Part shown: positions 23,684-37,367 of the stretch, piece by piece
Numbering within the stretch: position 1 is the first letter of the stretch
How the letters are laid out: each line of letters begins with the position of its first letter
DNA from: Microthyrium microscopicum
Taxonomy: Eukaryota
Reading direction: 5' to 3'
DNA length: 64,000 nucleotides
Assembly: GCA_010405405.1 (NCBI GenBank)
Contig: MU004240.1
Coordinates: 200,316-264,315 of the forward strand
Notes under the pieces: model-generated
The model's input: only the letters and a program-made list of their open reading frames with translations
The model's database searches: none
Told to the model about the DNA's origin: nothing
Program-made: the position numbers and the translations under genes

Positions 23684-24930
23684 TTAATCCTCGTCAATGG
23701 CGATCACCTCGTCGCTAGCGTTGGGAGCATGCTTCTGTCTTTTCACAGGTCGGACCTCAGTCACGGCACAATCATCATCCTCAAAGATGGACTTGGTGAG
23801 AATACGACTGGGGTCAGCTGTTGACTCATCTGGTTCTCGCTTCACACCCTTCGTGAGCTTCAAGAGCTCGTTCTGCTTCTGGGGTAGATGTGAGTCAAGT
23901 TTTCCTTAAGCTGGTGTCAATAAGAAATACCTTTTGAGTCTCGAGTAGCTGGAGAAGTTCTGCATGAGATAGAGTTGCAGGATCACGCTCTTCAAGTGGA
24001 ACAGGAGAAGGTGAGCGTTCAATCACTTCCAGCAATTGGAGATCCTCTAGTCAAGTTAGAAAAATTTACACTCACCAAGCGGAATGTATGATGAAGCTGC
24101 GGACCTTTTGTGCGATAGTGAAACTGGAAAGTCGCAAATGGCTTTGCTTTATGATCAATAGGAGTGAAACCTCGGATTCGCGATGCTCCCACTGACTCAG
24201 ACTCTTGTGATACTCTATTGAAGTTAGCTTCCACAATTTTAGTACATAGACACATCTGGTGCTGAATTAAATAGAAGACTACATCTCCGGCGAGGAACTT
24301 ACTGGCAGCGAAGGGACAGCGGCTCGCCCTTCAATGACCCGAGGGTCTTCATGTCTCTCTCGGAGATGTCTTCGAGGAGGGCTTTCGGTGTCCATTTCTT
24401 GGCTGGCAGAGGACCTAGAATAAGACCACGATGAAACGTGACTTGAATGATTCCGAGGTTCTTCATCTGAACAGCACGTTCAGGTTCGGAGCTCGCACTC
24501 AGATGATCTGAACCAGTCAGCATGCTTCATACACAGTCAGTGTAAAGACCTATGCTTGCTCACCTCGTGATAGTTTCAGCTTGCCAAATTTGATGGGGGA
24601 ACACAATTTATTTCCCATGTTATCTATGGAATAAGCACCATTGCACGCATAACTCGCTGGTAGGCTTTTGGTTTTGAGGAAAGGGATAGGTCCGAGGTTA
24701 AGACCATTGACCAAGACTTTGGTGTACAAACTATGAGCTGTGTGTTTGTACGACTTATTAGCGCCATATTTGAGAGTGAATTTGACGTCAGGCATGCCCT
24801 CAACATATTTGCTGACGAAATGTATGCTCTGGTCCGTTGGAGGCCGAGCAGGGCCATCGTATTCCTGCAGCGGTTTGCCGTCGACTTGGATAGTGACCTC
24901 AAGACCTGGGCAATTCGGAAGGACAGCCAT
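23684..24930 (-). CDS. DUF7918-like fungal protein, paralogue 2 (multi-exon)
   Basis: MAVLPNCPGLEVTIQVDGKPLQEY...SKYVEG, LGIIQVTFHR, KPFATFQFHYRTK, LEVIERSPSPVPLEERDP, VKRE and C-terminal VIAIDED*; canonical introns. Confidence 0.7.
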
Positions 24931-25905
24931 GATGATAGCGATCGGGTTGTGAATGTCGATGACAGCTATAAAATAGGTTACACTTAGAGCAAGTGAGTAA
25001 CGCGGAAAATAAAGAAGCTAAAGCCTTGGCTTGTAGCAGAGGGAAGCCAAAAGTAAGCTTGTTCAGTTAGTGGAGTGTAGGAGACGTGAAGTTTGATGGA
25101 GGTCAAGGGATTTTTAAATCGTGCTGTTGCGGTGTGTTGGGAATTCAGTTCTCTTCCAGAAGGTGCGAAGCGTGGAGAAACTGGCAATTGTCTCATAAGT
25201 TGAGGAAGAAATGATCATTTAAAACGTTTTTGCTGGATCAAACTTACCAAACTGAGCAGTTCTGAGAGTAGGAACGGAAGGAGCAATCGGTATAGTGCCA
25301 GATAAACTCACCGCCGAGCAGCATTCCCTCAACTCATGAGATGCTTCAGACGCTTAGAACCAATCTTTGACGTGTCATCACAGAAGAGGAAAGAAACAAG
25401 AATCAAGCGCCTCAAGTGCTCATATTCACTATGTACAGAGAGAACACCATCAGCACTACCCCCATTTCAGTCCCACCGACCATACAAAATAAGAATAGAC
25501 CAAGGGCAGAACCAATGGGAGCCTAGGCAGCCCAACCAGTCCACCCAATAACCACAGAAACAAAGGAGAAAATAAAGAAGCCATAAAGGCGAGCAGGTAT
25601 GGATGCAGAGAGAGACAAAGTGATGCCGCCCACAAGGCCGCCTATTCGACGGCCAAAGTACAACCGTGTATGTATGGGTGCTATGAAAAACGCCGGCAAA
25701 AAAAGTTCAAAGTCACTGGTGCAATATAAAGCAACAACAATGATGCAAAGGTCGGGCGTGTCGTCGTAAAGTAAATTATTCCATAGCCATGATGTTGAGG
25801 GGCCGATTAGTAGTGGCTCCATCAGTCATGGAGGAAATAGGCTGTGATGTGGAATTCCTGGCTGCCAGGAGGAGGTGGTGCAGAATCGTGTTGAGAGCAT
25901 GGGTT

Positions 25906-26907
25906 CTACCATGGGCCGACGCGCACGGCCTCGCCGTATGTGCCGCTAAATAATTGTTGGCGGATAGAAGATGCATCGTTTTGAGATTGACCGGCTGCTT
26001 GGGCATTCTCGGCGGCCATCCAGTTGAGGCTGGCGTGGAGCTCTTGCAATGCGGCTTGCATTCGATTGCCAGATGCCTCGTTGTGCTTCTCTATCTTTTC
26101 GTCCCAATTGCTGATGCGAAGCTGAATTCCACCTCCTCGCTTTCCCGCTTCCTTGATTACGCATGCCCAGGCTCGTGCAAGTTCTTCGTACGCTTCGTGC
26201 TTGTGGCGATTATTTTGGAAATTATCGAAATCGGGAAGTCGGTGGATAAGATGTGTAACGGCATCGAGGTATTTTAGAGACACGCCAGTTTGAGGCTCAT
26301 TTGGTGGGAGGAATGTTGGGGTAAAATCTCGGAGAGCATCTAGAAGGTCCAGAAGAGGTTGACGAACTCGATTGTACGCATAGTCTGAATGTTCGCGACC
26401 GAATGGAAATGATGCTCGCATGGCCGATTCATAATGTCCCATAACCGCCAAAACCGAATCCAAATTTGGGCGTGGTGCTGTATTGGTAACCTCGGCGCTT
26501 AGATCCGGGTGTCGTTCGCAGACGGCTCGAAGCAGATTGCGTAGGTCATCCTGTGAGAGGGTTTCCAGCAAACGAGGTAGTGTCAGTGGTCGGCCGCTCA
26601 AGTTTGACCGTATCCGCTTGTTTCCGCGTATGCGTTGATGTGGTAGGCTTCCGACGGGGATGAGAGGCGAGGCAGAAGGGGATTTGGACATTCGGGTATC
26701 GCCATCGTTATCGTCATCGTCGGCTTTGCGCTTTCGGCTTTGCATCGTTTGATTTGGAGAATTATTTTCTAGATAGTCAAAATCAGTTCTTGATGGCTGA
26801 GTATATGATGGGCTGGAAATCGTAGACGTACGGGACCGAGAAGGTGAGAGGCGGTGTGGATGAAGATGTGGAGCGAGAAAGGGATTATTTGGAAGGACTG
26901 TATTCAT
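25906..26907 (-). CDS. STS1: Tethering factor for nuclear proteasome Sts1/Cut8
   Basis: RKRKADDD NLS, GRPLTLPRLLETL, SDYAYNRVR, FTPTFLPPNE, HKHEAYEELARAW, EAGKRGGG and C-terminal VRVGPW. Confidence 0.93.
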   Translation of the reverse strand: MNTVLPNNPFLAPHLHPHRLSPSRSRTSTISSPSYTQPSRTDFDYLENNSPNQTMQSRKRKADDDDNDGDTRMSKSPSASPLIPVGSLPHQRIRGNKRIRSNLSGRPLTLPRLLETLSQDDLRNLLRAVCERHPDLSAEVTNTAPRPNLDSVLAVMGHYESAMRASFPFGREHSDYAYNRVRQPLLDLLDALRDFTPTFLPPNEPQTGVSLKYLDAVTHLIHRLPDFDNFQNNRHKHEAYEELARAWACVIKEAGKRGGGIQLRISNWDEKIEKHNEASGNRMQAALQELHASLNWMAAENAQAAGQSQNDASSIRQQLFSGTYGEAVRVGPW

Positions 26908-28936
26908 GACTGGATGGTATCTGATCTAAGCCTTGTGTGATGCAATGAAGATGTGATGGTTTGGCAGTTACACGCAGTTTGTTTAGGCGGCGATGAACAC
27001 GCTGAGCCAGAGAAGGTTGGTGTGTTGGAGCTCAAAGTGAAGTAGCCGAGATGCCCAAGAACAAAGGTTGTAGTTGCGATACAGTGGGGCGGCGAAAGAA
27101 AAGGCCGACAGGGCACCAGAAATAACTTATTGGGAATAGTCCAAGCTTGTTTCGGTGGGTGTAAGATTGAGTTTCGAGCACTAAGGCAGCTGTAGGCTCC
27201 GAACAGGCCTTCAGGATGGTTGGGAACAATATAAGAGAAGGGAGAGGAAGAAGAATGGAGGTTGGAGGTTGGATTTGTTGAGAGAGGAGAAAGGTGAGAG
27301 GGGGCAAAGGAGAAAGCGAGCGAGCAACGACTGGCCAAGTGAGCTGCCACCCAACTGCCTTTTACATGGCGATGCACCTCCACCAATCCACAACACACAT
27401 CCACTACTGCTCCACCACCTCAATTTCCTCTTTTCCTTGTGCTTCCTGCGACCTTACACTAGCCGATTAAGTCTGCAGTGTGTCAAAACACCGTTGTTCC
27501 AATTCCAAAGTAGCGGATACAGTAGGTGGTAGCCAGCAACAAGACACACTGGCGGTCGGGCAGCTGCACTACTTTGAGATTTGAGAGTAACAAGACAGTC
27601 TATGGAACAGTACAGAACTGGAAATGGCAGCGACTACAGGGAGGCAGAGTACATTGCAGAAATGTGTGGATAAGACATCGTTTACGTTGAGACTGTTCTG
27701 CATGCGCAGCCTTGGCAAATATCATTAAGCCAGAAGCGGCCACGATCAAAACTCACAAAGTCCACCAAACACAAAGCAGGCGACAGGCCCATCATCCATT
27801 CTAGCTCCACCATGAAAAAAAGGAACCAGACATGTTCATCCAACAGCTCCACCTGGAGTAATGCACACCACGACAGGTGCACTGACACCCGCCTCTCTGG
27901 ATAGACTCTCTGTACACTTTACAGGCTGTACTCCAACAATTCCTTGCCGCCTACACGAGCCCATACGAGCCAACCAAAACCTTGCTCGATGTGTACCATA
28001 TGTTTCTCACGTGAACTTCTTCCCTGCCTTCCATCCGTCTTCTATTTCTTCTTTGAATATCTGATTTCTAACTGGTCGATCTCCGAATCAAGAACAGACC
28101 CTAGAACCCGGCACACCTCGCTGTGCTGTCCTTAGAAACCATAACAACAAAAACTGAACTGTTATTTGTTTAGATGTATGTTCGCTTCTGCCCGTCTGGC
28201 TTTGTTTTAGATTACCTCTTGATTCAGCCTCTTTCAGAATCAGTGCATCGCATTGTGGTTTGATGCGGGTACTAGGAACACAAGTCAGGTCTCACTAAAC
28301 CCGGCTTATTGCGCAGAGTTCGATACATTTAACATATCAGCCATCGTGGTACAGCTTCTTATAGGCACATGGTTCAACATAGGGCCTGAGCAGATGTCAT
28401 ATTTTTCTGAATGAGGATGTCTCAATTCTGGAATAAAATGCCCTTTCTTTGTCGCAAACTTTACTTTGAACTTTATACAGAAGCTAAGTATGTCTGAATT
28501 GCTCTCGCATTCGGTAAAACCGTACCTGGTTATAGCATTCAATGCAAAGAAAGTACTTTGATGATTAAATTATTGCATGGCACTGTAAGACACTCGATGC
28601 GATTATTGTTTATTTGCGAGTGCACCAAGACAAAGGATCTTTCGTCCGCAATAAGGATATTTCATTGCATTTCTGATTAGAAAGTATTCAACTCGCACTA
28701 TCAAGAAGCATCTTTTCGTAAGCAGCAATAATATACATATTTTTGAACACCCTTGTCACCCATTGACAGGGCGCCATAGCTCATGCAAAAGAATGCTTAC
28801 GTTCGAACGAGCTGTGACATGCTACTAATAATGTCATAAAACTGACGCAATCACGCCTATCTTTACAGAATAGTTCCATGAAAACATGGAGGCAATTGCC
28901 AACAGTGCTTATGAAGACAAAGAGGGTGAAACTCGC

Positions 28937-31900
28937 CTAAAGATATAGTGACTGAGCAGCCACAACATCACGTCGAACTGTAGCCAATGCTTGATCAAAT
29001 TTCTCCTCCAGCTCGGAATTGCCCATGACTTTGGCTGCTTGGCCCATTTGGCGCAACAGTTCTTCCAATCGGCGGAATAGGCGGATGAGACTACCTTCGT
29101 ACACGTCGGTCATTTTACTACGAGATGATTAGTGATTGAGTCAGCGTGAATGCATGGTAAAAACTTGCCAGATGTCGGCAAAACTGGAGCCCTTGGACCA
29201 GGCGAGAACTACCGGCATCAGCTCCATCTTGAATGTAGCCAAGTACTCTGTCTCGGTTATGTTGGGAACTTTGCTTTCCATGGACACCTTGGCGATTGTA
29301 CGAGCAGTGGCCTGGATTTTAGACCACAGTATTCGTAAGTCTTCAGGGAGTGCTGGAGCCTCCTTTGTTTTCTCCTCGAATATGAAACAACTGAGAATGG
29401 CAGCGATGTTTTCCGGCGGCAATTCATTGAAGAAAGAATCAAACAGCAGTTCGCTAAGAACCAGTTCATCGCCTGTGCTAATCTCACAAGCAACACGTGC
29501 CTTCAACTGAACAACATCAGCTTCGTCTGTGAAACCAAGTCGACGTAGGACTCGTTTGCGGCATTTCAGCTCGTCAAGATGCATTATAGAATGGGCGTTG
29601 AGTATCTGCTTTTTCACTTCCTTGATCTTTTCCGAAATCTCTACGCGAGCCGAGTATCTATTATACAACTCTGGGAGGCGAGGAGAGTTATGTAAGGCAT
29701 TGGCGAGCAGTTTTGATTCGAGTAATTCAATCTTCCGGAGAAGACGTTTAAATGAATCGTCCTTGATGCCCATATTTTCAATGGGATCAAGAATGGGTAC
29801 ACCGTCTGGGAATTTGCGCTTAACAGCATCCAGATGTTGAAAAACTTTGTTTCGCTGGTCGGTAGAACGAAGGTCTTCAGGCATATACAATCGCACATGT
29901 CCAATAGCCTCGACACAAGTGAGAAGTATAGGCACAACCTCCATTTTGCCTTTGGTTCCTGGTGCTGGCGGTCTAACGCCTTGGGGAAGGTCTTCATTGG
30001 TACGAGTGCCGACAGAAGAATCTGGGGCAATCTGCAATAAAACGTCGAGAATGTATTTCTGTTGGGGAGTAATTTCTTCACCTTGTTGGACACGGCGCTC
30101 TGTATAATTGACAACAGCACCCCAACCAAAGTCATATTCAAGATGCTTGATACGAACAAGTCTTCCAGGTTGCAGAAATTGAAGACAGTAATTTGGATGT
30201 GTTATGACTGCGCGCATATCTTGTGCGTAGCCTTTGATAGTGGCACGAAGGTCCCAATATTCGCGAATTAAAGACTCATCTTCAATCTCAATGGCCGCTC
30301 GTTCTGTTTCCAAATCGTGCATTTGTTTTTCGAGGCCAGCAACGGAGGCTGTATTTTGAAATTGGAAGAAACATCGTTCTAGCATGTATTCAGGAGAGAT
30401 GCCTTCGACTCTCATCAAATTGAGAATCATGTTGTAGCCCAAATAAAATGCCGAGTTGAGTTTGTCCTGTTCACCGCGAACGATTGTTTTAACGGTCGTG
30501 GGCTCCATTTTCGAATCCACCATCATGATGACTATACCACGATCGTCCTTGCCTCGACGGCCTGCACGACCGGACATTTGAATGAATTCTGATGGCGTTA
30601 CCCATCGCACAGCTTGCCCATCAAACTTTTCGACCTTAGTGAACACCACAGTCTTTGCCGGCATGTTCAAGCCGATAGAAAATGTTTCTGTAGCAAATAG
30701 GACTTTGATGAGACCTTCTTGGAAAAGGATTTCGATGGTCTCTTTGAGAATAGGCAATAAGCCAGAATGATGAACACCAATACCGCGTTTGAGTAGTGGC
30801 AAGATGTGCTGGATTTGTGGAAGTTTTCGGTCTTCTTCAGAGAGCGTTTCTATCGCACTCGAGAAGACTTTGTCTACCATTTCCTTCTCGTGGTCCTCAT
30901 TGAACGTGAGGGTCGCCATCTGCAAAGCGTAATCTTCGCATTCGCGTTTGCTGAAACTGAACACAATTACAGGGTTGTAGCTTTTGAGCATGATCATTTT
31001 GACAATTTTGTAGATGTCGCTCTGTCCCTTCTTTTGGCCCTGAGATACACGGGGCTTCTTCTTGTTACGATTCATTTTCGCATTGATATCATTCGGGTCT
31101 TCGCCTTGCATATCCTGAATTGCGGCCATGGCCTTCTGAAAGTTGTCCTCCCTGAACTGGCCTTTTTCGTCCACAACCAGATGTATGCCATCGGAGCCAG
31201 CAGGGAACAGGTAATTTTGAAGTGGTGTAGGGCGAAAATCGGTGTATACTACGTGGCATGGTTGACTATGTGTTTTGACGATCCACTCAGCGAATTGCAT
31301 AGCATTCGGTATTGTAGCAGAAAGAAAAACATATCGAACCTTGTCCGGTAGAAGGATGATAGTCTCTTCCCAGACAACTCCACGAGCTTTATCCCGTAGG
31401 TAGTGGACTTCGTCGAAGATGACCCATGCAACTTCCCGCATTATCTCAGAACCTCTATACAACATAGACCGCAGAATTTCTGTTGTCATCACTAGACATG
31501 TAGCAGTTGGGTTTATGGTAACATCGCCAGTCATGAGACCCACATCGCCAAATTCCGCATCGAATTCCCGATATTTCTGATTGCTCAGAGCTTTTATAGG
31601 GCTTGTATACACCACTCGTTGATTGTTCTTGAGACACTGCGCGATTGCGTACTCTGCTACCACAGTCTTGCCAGCACTGGTATGCGCCGAAACGAGGACA
31701 CTCTCATTTCGTTCGATGGAGACAATTGATACCTGCTGGAAAGGATCAAGCTTGAATGGATAGACACGTGCGGGTTCTGCAGGAGGGACATGCTGGGATA
31801 TTGGCTTGTAGTCATAGTTTGGAGGTAAAGCGACCTGATGGCGAACTTGATGGGTCAGCGTGACTTGGGACTCGTCTTTCTGGGCGCCTTGTAAACCAGC

Positions 31901-32185
31901 CGATGCAGCCACGGCTCTTGATTGTTCGGTTTCGAAGGTATCCGTCACTACGGGTTCAGGGTCATCCAGTCGCATTCTCTTGATGTTTTCCGATTCTTGC
32001 GCGACAGTATTAACATCGCCATTAGAGTCCTCATTTGGAGCACCTTTCGAGTTTTGTGGTTGAGATGCGCCTTTTGCAGCTCCTTTGAACTCGCCGGTTA
32101 CGGTGCGCTTTTTCGGCGGATTGCCATTGTTGGTCGCAGCATTGGCAGGCGGCGCCTCATCGAAGACGTCAAACAGGTCGTCCAT
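28937..32185 (-). CDS. MTR4: Nuclear exosome DExH RNA helicase Mtr4 (Dob1), 2 exons
   Basis: ATG 32185 ([10 protein letters not shown]). Motifs [21 protein letters not shown] and [10 protein letters not shown] plus an arch/KOW region. Last exon ([13 protein letters not shown]...AAQSLYL*) follows a GC-AG intron at 29168-29118. Confidence 0.96.
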
Positions 32186-32585
32186 AGTTGCGATGTTGGT
32201 GAGTTTAGCGCAGCCGTGCGCAGAAGATTGAGGGGACCGTTCCCTCCAGTTGTATCGTGAGTTTACCAAAACCTGAGTCAATGAGAAAATTGGTGATGGA
32301 AGGTTCCGACGAGGGTGTGGAATTGTTGATGCTCAAGTCCCGCGTCAAAAAAAAGTTTGGGGTTTGAAATAATTGCAAGTTCCGAGCTTTGACCCGATAC
32401 CAACCTTGACGGCCACGATTTCCCACGTGACTGGTATCTCGATTTCCGCTTCACAACTTCACGACGCTCAAGACTTGACCAAAATCGCCATACATCTCCA
32501 CTCTCCACTCAAATCGTGCCATTGACAATCTCTATCAAGGTAACAACGTTCTACAGCTCGATATACGCTATTCTGACATCTCAAG

Positions 32586-32948
32586 ATGGTTCCTCGTCCC
32601 GCTCTTCGACCCTTTACGCAGCTGTTAGCTCGCCGCGGCTTTCAGACAACCCGCACCAGATCGGCTGGCCACCAGACACACGTTGACCAGTTCTTCCATT
32701 ATCCAGAAGGACCACGAAGCAACCTTCCCTTCAATCCTCTTACAAGATTCTTCTATATCCGTTATTACGCTTTCTGGAGTGAGTCGAAGTGCCCACCACA
32801 CTCAGGATTTCACTAATAAGTCTAGTCACTGCATTCTCAATTCCGTTTGCTTCCTCTTGTAAGATCAACCTCAAAAATCATACTGAGCTGTCGAGCACTG
32901 TTCATACTAACCTCTCGACTAGACTGGATGGCCGTCAAGGAACAATAG
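32586..32948 (+). CDS. COX8: Cytochrome c oxidase subunit VIIc (yeast Cox8 equivalent), 3 coding exons
   Basis: Mitochondrial presequence, HYPEGPRSNLPF motif and a single TM segment split by two short introns. Probable 5'UTR intron 32540-32585. Confidence 0.88.
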
Positions 32949-34894
32949 AAGGAAGGAATATTGTATCACCATAACATACTGTGCATAGAGAATTGAAGCA
33001 TTCACACAACTCAATATGGTTTTTGTGTATTACGTACTACATTATGCAACCCTCACATGTCAAGTTCCTATTCCAGGTTCAGCTTCAAAGGCTGAGACAC
33101 GATATGGCCTGACCGATCTTACGAGAGTCCCTCAGGACCAGAGAAGATATATTTGAACGAGTCGTTGCCAGCCTATGACCGAAATCTACAGTACTACATA
33201 ATGAGTCCATTCACATGAAGAACTCTAGCCTGCAGTCATGGACCTCCAGAATTATATCCAGTCTTTGGCGTTGAGTTCCCCGCAAGGCGAAACATGCAAG
33301 GCGAATATGGATTGATAATACTCACAATATTATGTAGCTGCAAACATCTACCATTGAAATCAATAGGTTGAGACGAAGAAGCTGCATTCACAGAGATCCA
33401 ATGGGCAGCTCCGGGCGGTTATCTGCATACGTAGGACTATGATCAGTCACTTGTAAACACGACATCTTTTTGATGATGTCGTGGGACAGTCACTGATAGA
33501 GTAGCACAAAACCTGAACAGTAAAGACGCATTGAGATCTATCCGATAGGAGGCGGAAGTATCGTAGGGCAAGGGAGTTCCTACGTACTCCTTTCTATGTG
33601 AAGTAGAGCGCCGCGTGACGAAGCTACAATTAAGCTTGGCCAGTGTTGCGTCAATGTTAGCGTGTGCAGTGGGGATCGTGGACGATCCTCAGGAGAAACG
33701 GCAAGGGAGCTCCAGAATGCCCTTCAGTGGTTTCTGGCGCAAAATAAGCGAACCAGTAATTGAATGCTGCTCTCATCGACCACGATATGCTTTAACAGTT
33801 TTTGAAGAGAAAAGGCTGTAATTGCTATCGTATTCGATAATACAGTACTACTCGATTGGGCGTAGAGTATTCTTTCGTTAAGAAGTATATGGCAGAGATA
33901 TCACACTCAATGGCAATATCAGTTCTAACCACTCAACCTTTCAACGCCGAAGAGATGCAGATTGGCTCGTGTTTGACGACAGATCTCAGCGCGGAAATGG
34001 AACAACTGCAGTGATGGGCCCCGAAACTACCTATATCGGATGTGAACAGCTTCGGATATGAACAGCTTCGAATCCGACTGCGATGAAATAGATAGAGCGC
34101 CTGACCTTTAGATAAGCCGTAGGTGCATATGAGAGAGTTACTTCTGCACTTCGATTTGTCCCAACTTTGCAGGTACATTTGGCAGTTGCCCCACAAGTTC
34201 TAACCAAGCTCTTTCCAATGTCTGGCAAGTCTGGCTCCCTTTAAACACCCAAATCATTTGTAGATCCTTATTCGACCCCCTATATTTCACCTCCAATTCC
34301 CCATCTCAATCGCTCTTTCACACCCCATTTACGTTGATATTTGCTTCATTGTGCGACCTGCCCCAACTCCAGAGACCTCAAGCCACACCAACGCACGTCA
34401 TCGAAACCACGTGCGCCAAAGTCTTGCTACCTAACCTCTTGCGAATTGGTTACTCTAGAGTTGACTTGAACATCTCCCAATTGAAACTCGATACCGACTT
34501 TAATAATACCAATAACTCGATACATTCTTCGCACAAACAAGTCCTTGGCTTGAAACAAAGCAACTTGTGCAAGCACCAGGGTTATAGAGGAACCGAACCA
34601 GGCCACCCCTCGCAAACCTGGGACCCCAAGCAACAGTCAGTCAATCACCGTCACCTATCAATCTTCCAGGCAATCCTGGTAGATCCGGCTCTGTGACAAC
34701 TCAGGTCACTAACTTTCCGTATGTTTTCTCCCTTGCTGTCTATATCAGAGCGCTTACAATTTCTGTGAAAACTTCAGACCCCCTCTCCTCTACCAATATA
34801 GCACCAAACACGCTTCAGCACGCTGATCGCTACCGTACCCTCAATTCAATATTCCCACCATTAGCCAGACCGACTTCAGGCCGCAACCGTCAAG

Positions 34895-35431
34895 ATGAAT
34901 CCTCTTCAGAAGAACAAGATTGACATGAGCGTAAGGCGATCTTCCTCTGCCTAGTCAATTACCCACATGGTCTAACTCCCGCCGTAGAAGCTCTCCCCTG
35001 AGGAGCAGAAACTCTTCCGAATGTACGGAAAGCTGCCAAACCGCAAAGATCTCCTCCAGAACAAGATGAAGGTCAGTCTCAGGGAGCACGCTTGACCTCA
35101 CCGGTCCGACACCACACAATTACTGACATTGCGCCTGCCACAGGAACGCAAATACTTTGACTCTGGCGACTACGCTCTCTCCAAAGCCGGCAAAGCATCT
35201 GACGCTGGCGTGACGTCGATTGGCAGCGAACACCCTGTCCCTGAGAAGATTCCCCACTCCGCTACTCCTACCGGACACAATGGAAGTGTGCTTAGCCCAA
35301 CGGTGTCTTCTCACGGCAACAACAGCAGCCCTGTCAAGGAGAGCAGCTTCCTGCAACGCGAAACCAGTGCATCCGACATCGAAGAGGGCGAGAAGAAGGA
35401 TGCAGCTAGCTCAGTCAAGCCTGCTGCCTAG
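34895..35431 (+). CDS. IGO1: Endosulfine / cAMP-regulated phosphoprotein family (Igo1-like), 3 exons
   Basis: Spliced MNPLQKNKIDMS-KLSPEEQKLFRMYGKLP...-ERKYFDSGDYALSKAG; the FDSGDY Greatwall/Rim15 site is diagnostic. Confidence 0.92.
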
Positions 35432-36036
35432 CAACAGTTTACCCGAGAACGCGATGACTTGAGGACACATCTTTACCCAGTCAGACAGTCGTTTCTGGTC
35501 TTCTTCTTGTCAATGCTTACTGCTTCGTCCGCTGATCCTCCTTTTTGACCCACCAACATCACATTCCTGTTCAGCACGGCCAGCGAAATACGCGGCCCTG
35601 AATTTTTTATTCCCTTGTTCTACCTACTAGCGGATATCCGGATGTATTCGGACGGTGTCCAAGGCGTTTTCAACACTTTTAGGTCGAATGCTCACTATTC
35701 ATGATCCTGGCGCAAATATATTCAAGCTATAGAAGTGGTGTCCAAGATATTACACGCCCACGATTGCCAGGACTGGAAGCTCTTTCCTTTGTATGGCCTG
35801 GAGTTGAGCAGGACACTTTTATATCATATCTTGGAACGGCTTTGTTTACGGCCTGGTGATGGCTTCAGCAACACTACAAAAGTATCAATCGCGTGTGTGC
35901 CGAAAGGTAACGAGTGTAGGGATAAGATACGCAAATTTTGAAATGCAAGACCTCTTTGGCCTTTTGAATCATTCGGTGCTTTTGATCTATCTGTGATTTT
36001 ATAAAGCAGAACCTGTATCCTCCACATTTTCGGCCA

Positions 36037-37367
36037 TTATGCTTCCACAGCCTTGACAGCCATGGCTAATGCTCCGTCGAAGGTCTGGTTGCCTCCAATA
36101 AAACCTCCTGCATGCACAAACACACAGCCTGGGATACCTGAGTCGCGTTAGTTGAGGCTGTCATAGATGAATTTGTCTATAAAACTTACCAGAGAGCTTA
36201 CTGAGCTCCTCATCCCGCACTCCCTTCCACGCATCCGGTAAATCCTTGCGATTCGAAAACTCTCCTCTCGCCACGCTCACAGCGCGCACCCTCCACTTTG
36301 AATCATCCGCTCCCGACTCTGGGAACAGCACATACGACACCTTCTCCCCACCCGCCTCCGCCTCTGCCTCATACAAATGATCCGCCCATGGCAGTCCACC
36401 CGTACGATGCGGCAGCACCACAATCTGTCCGCTAGCATGTGTATCAAACCGTTTCCCATACGCCTCCCGTACTAGTCCCCGTGCTGGCAACCACGCACTC
36501 GCCGCATCAGAAACCGCCAACTCAAACTGTTCGCCCACAAACCGCGAAGCGCGCATAAAGCGCTCATCTTCAAGCGCCTGACCCTCCTGTTTCGACAGTT
36601 TCTCCTCAGCAGCTGCATCGCCAGTATGATTATAACGATTTACCACAGCCGCCAGCGTAAAGCCGCGCGCATCGAACTTTGGCGTGAGGCCAGCCTGTTT
36701 CAGCGCCGCGGATGGAATGGCATCGATACCATTATCGTTCGCGTCAAACGCCTCGATGAAATCCGCATACAATTTCTCGTGCAATAACGCCACATCATCG
36801 CCAGATAGACCAGTTAGTTGCGCAATGATAGCGGGTCCATGGTGCATGTATACGAGGCCAGCGGCAGATAACTTGGTGGAGCGATTTGGAAAGACGGTGG
36901 TAAATTCGCGCTGGTGGTGGTCGAAGCGGTTAGCGGAGGCGTCGTAGGTGCCACCGACGTCGACGACTGTGTGGCAGGAGGCGAGGGTCGCGGGGTCGCG
37001 GGTACGGACGAGGGGGGAGTTGGTGTAGGTTGGGAGGATGCGGAGGAGATGGACGGCGAGAGCTTCGTCGGCGTGGAAGTGGCCGCTGGATTAAGTTGGT
37101 TAGCTAAGTAGATTATGGACGGGGAGGGAGCTGGTACTTGTGGGTTCCTATGAGAGGGCCGTCGAGCTTTTGGCGTTTGGATTGGGAGGCTGCGTCGGCG
37201 TTGAGGGCCTCTTCTCTTCCGCGCGATGGGTTTATACCTGGAGCCATGGTGATGAATCGAGAACGATGGGATATTTGAAGGGTAATTGATCGGCGGTGGG
37301 TGAAGGTGGTGAGACGTGGCTTGGTCACTGGCAATGTTCGAATGTAGATGAATCTAAGAGGAAGCAT
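36037..37367 (-). CDS. MYG1: MYG1 (UPF0160) exonuclease/metal-dependent hydrolase, 3 exons
   Basis: IGTH..HFHADEALAV, VVDVGG, FDHHQR, KLSAAGLVY, FIEAFDANDNG and final exon IPGCVFVHAGGFIGGN. Confidence 0.93.

Noticed and set aside
33470..33520. C/D-box snoRNA-like motifs (TGATGA ... CTGA)
   Set aside because: Spacing is too short, and no terminal stem or guide is evident.
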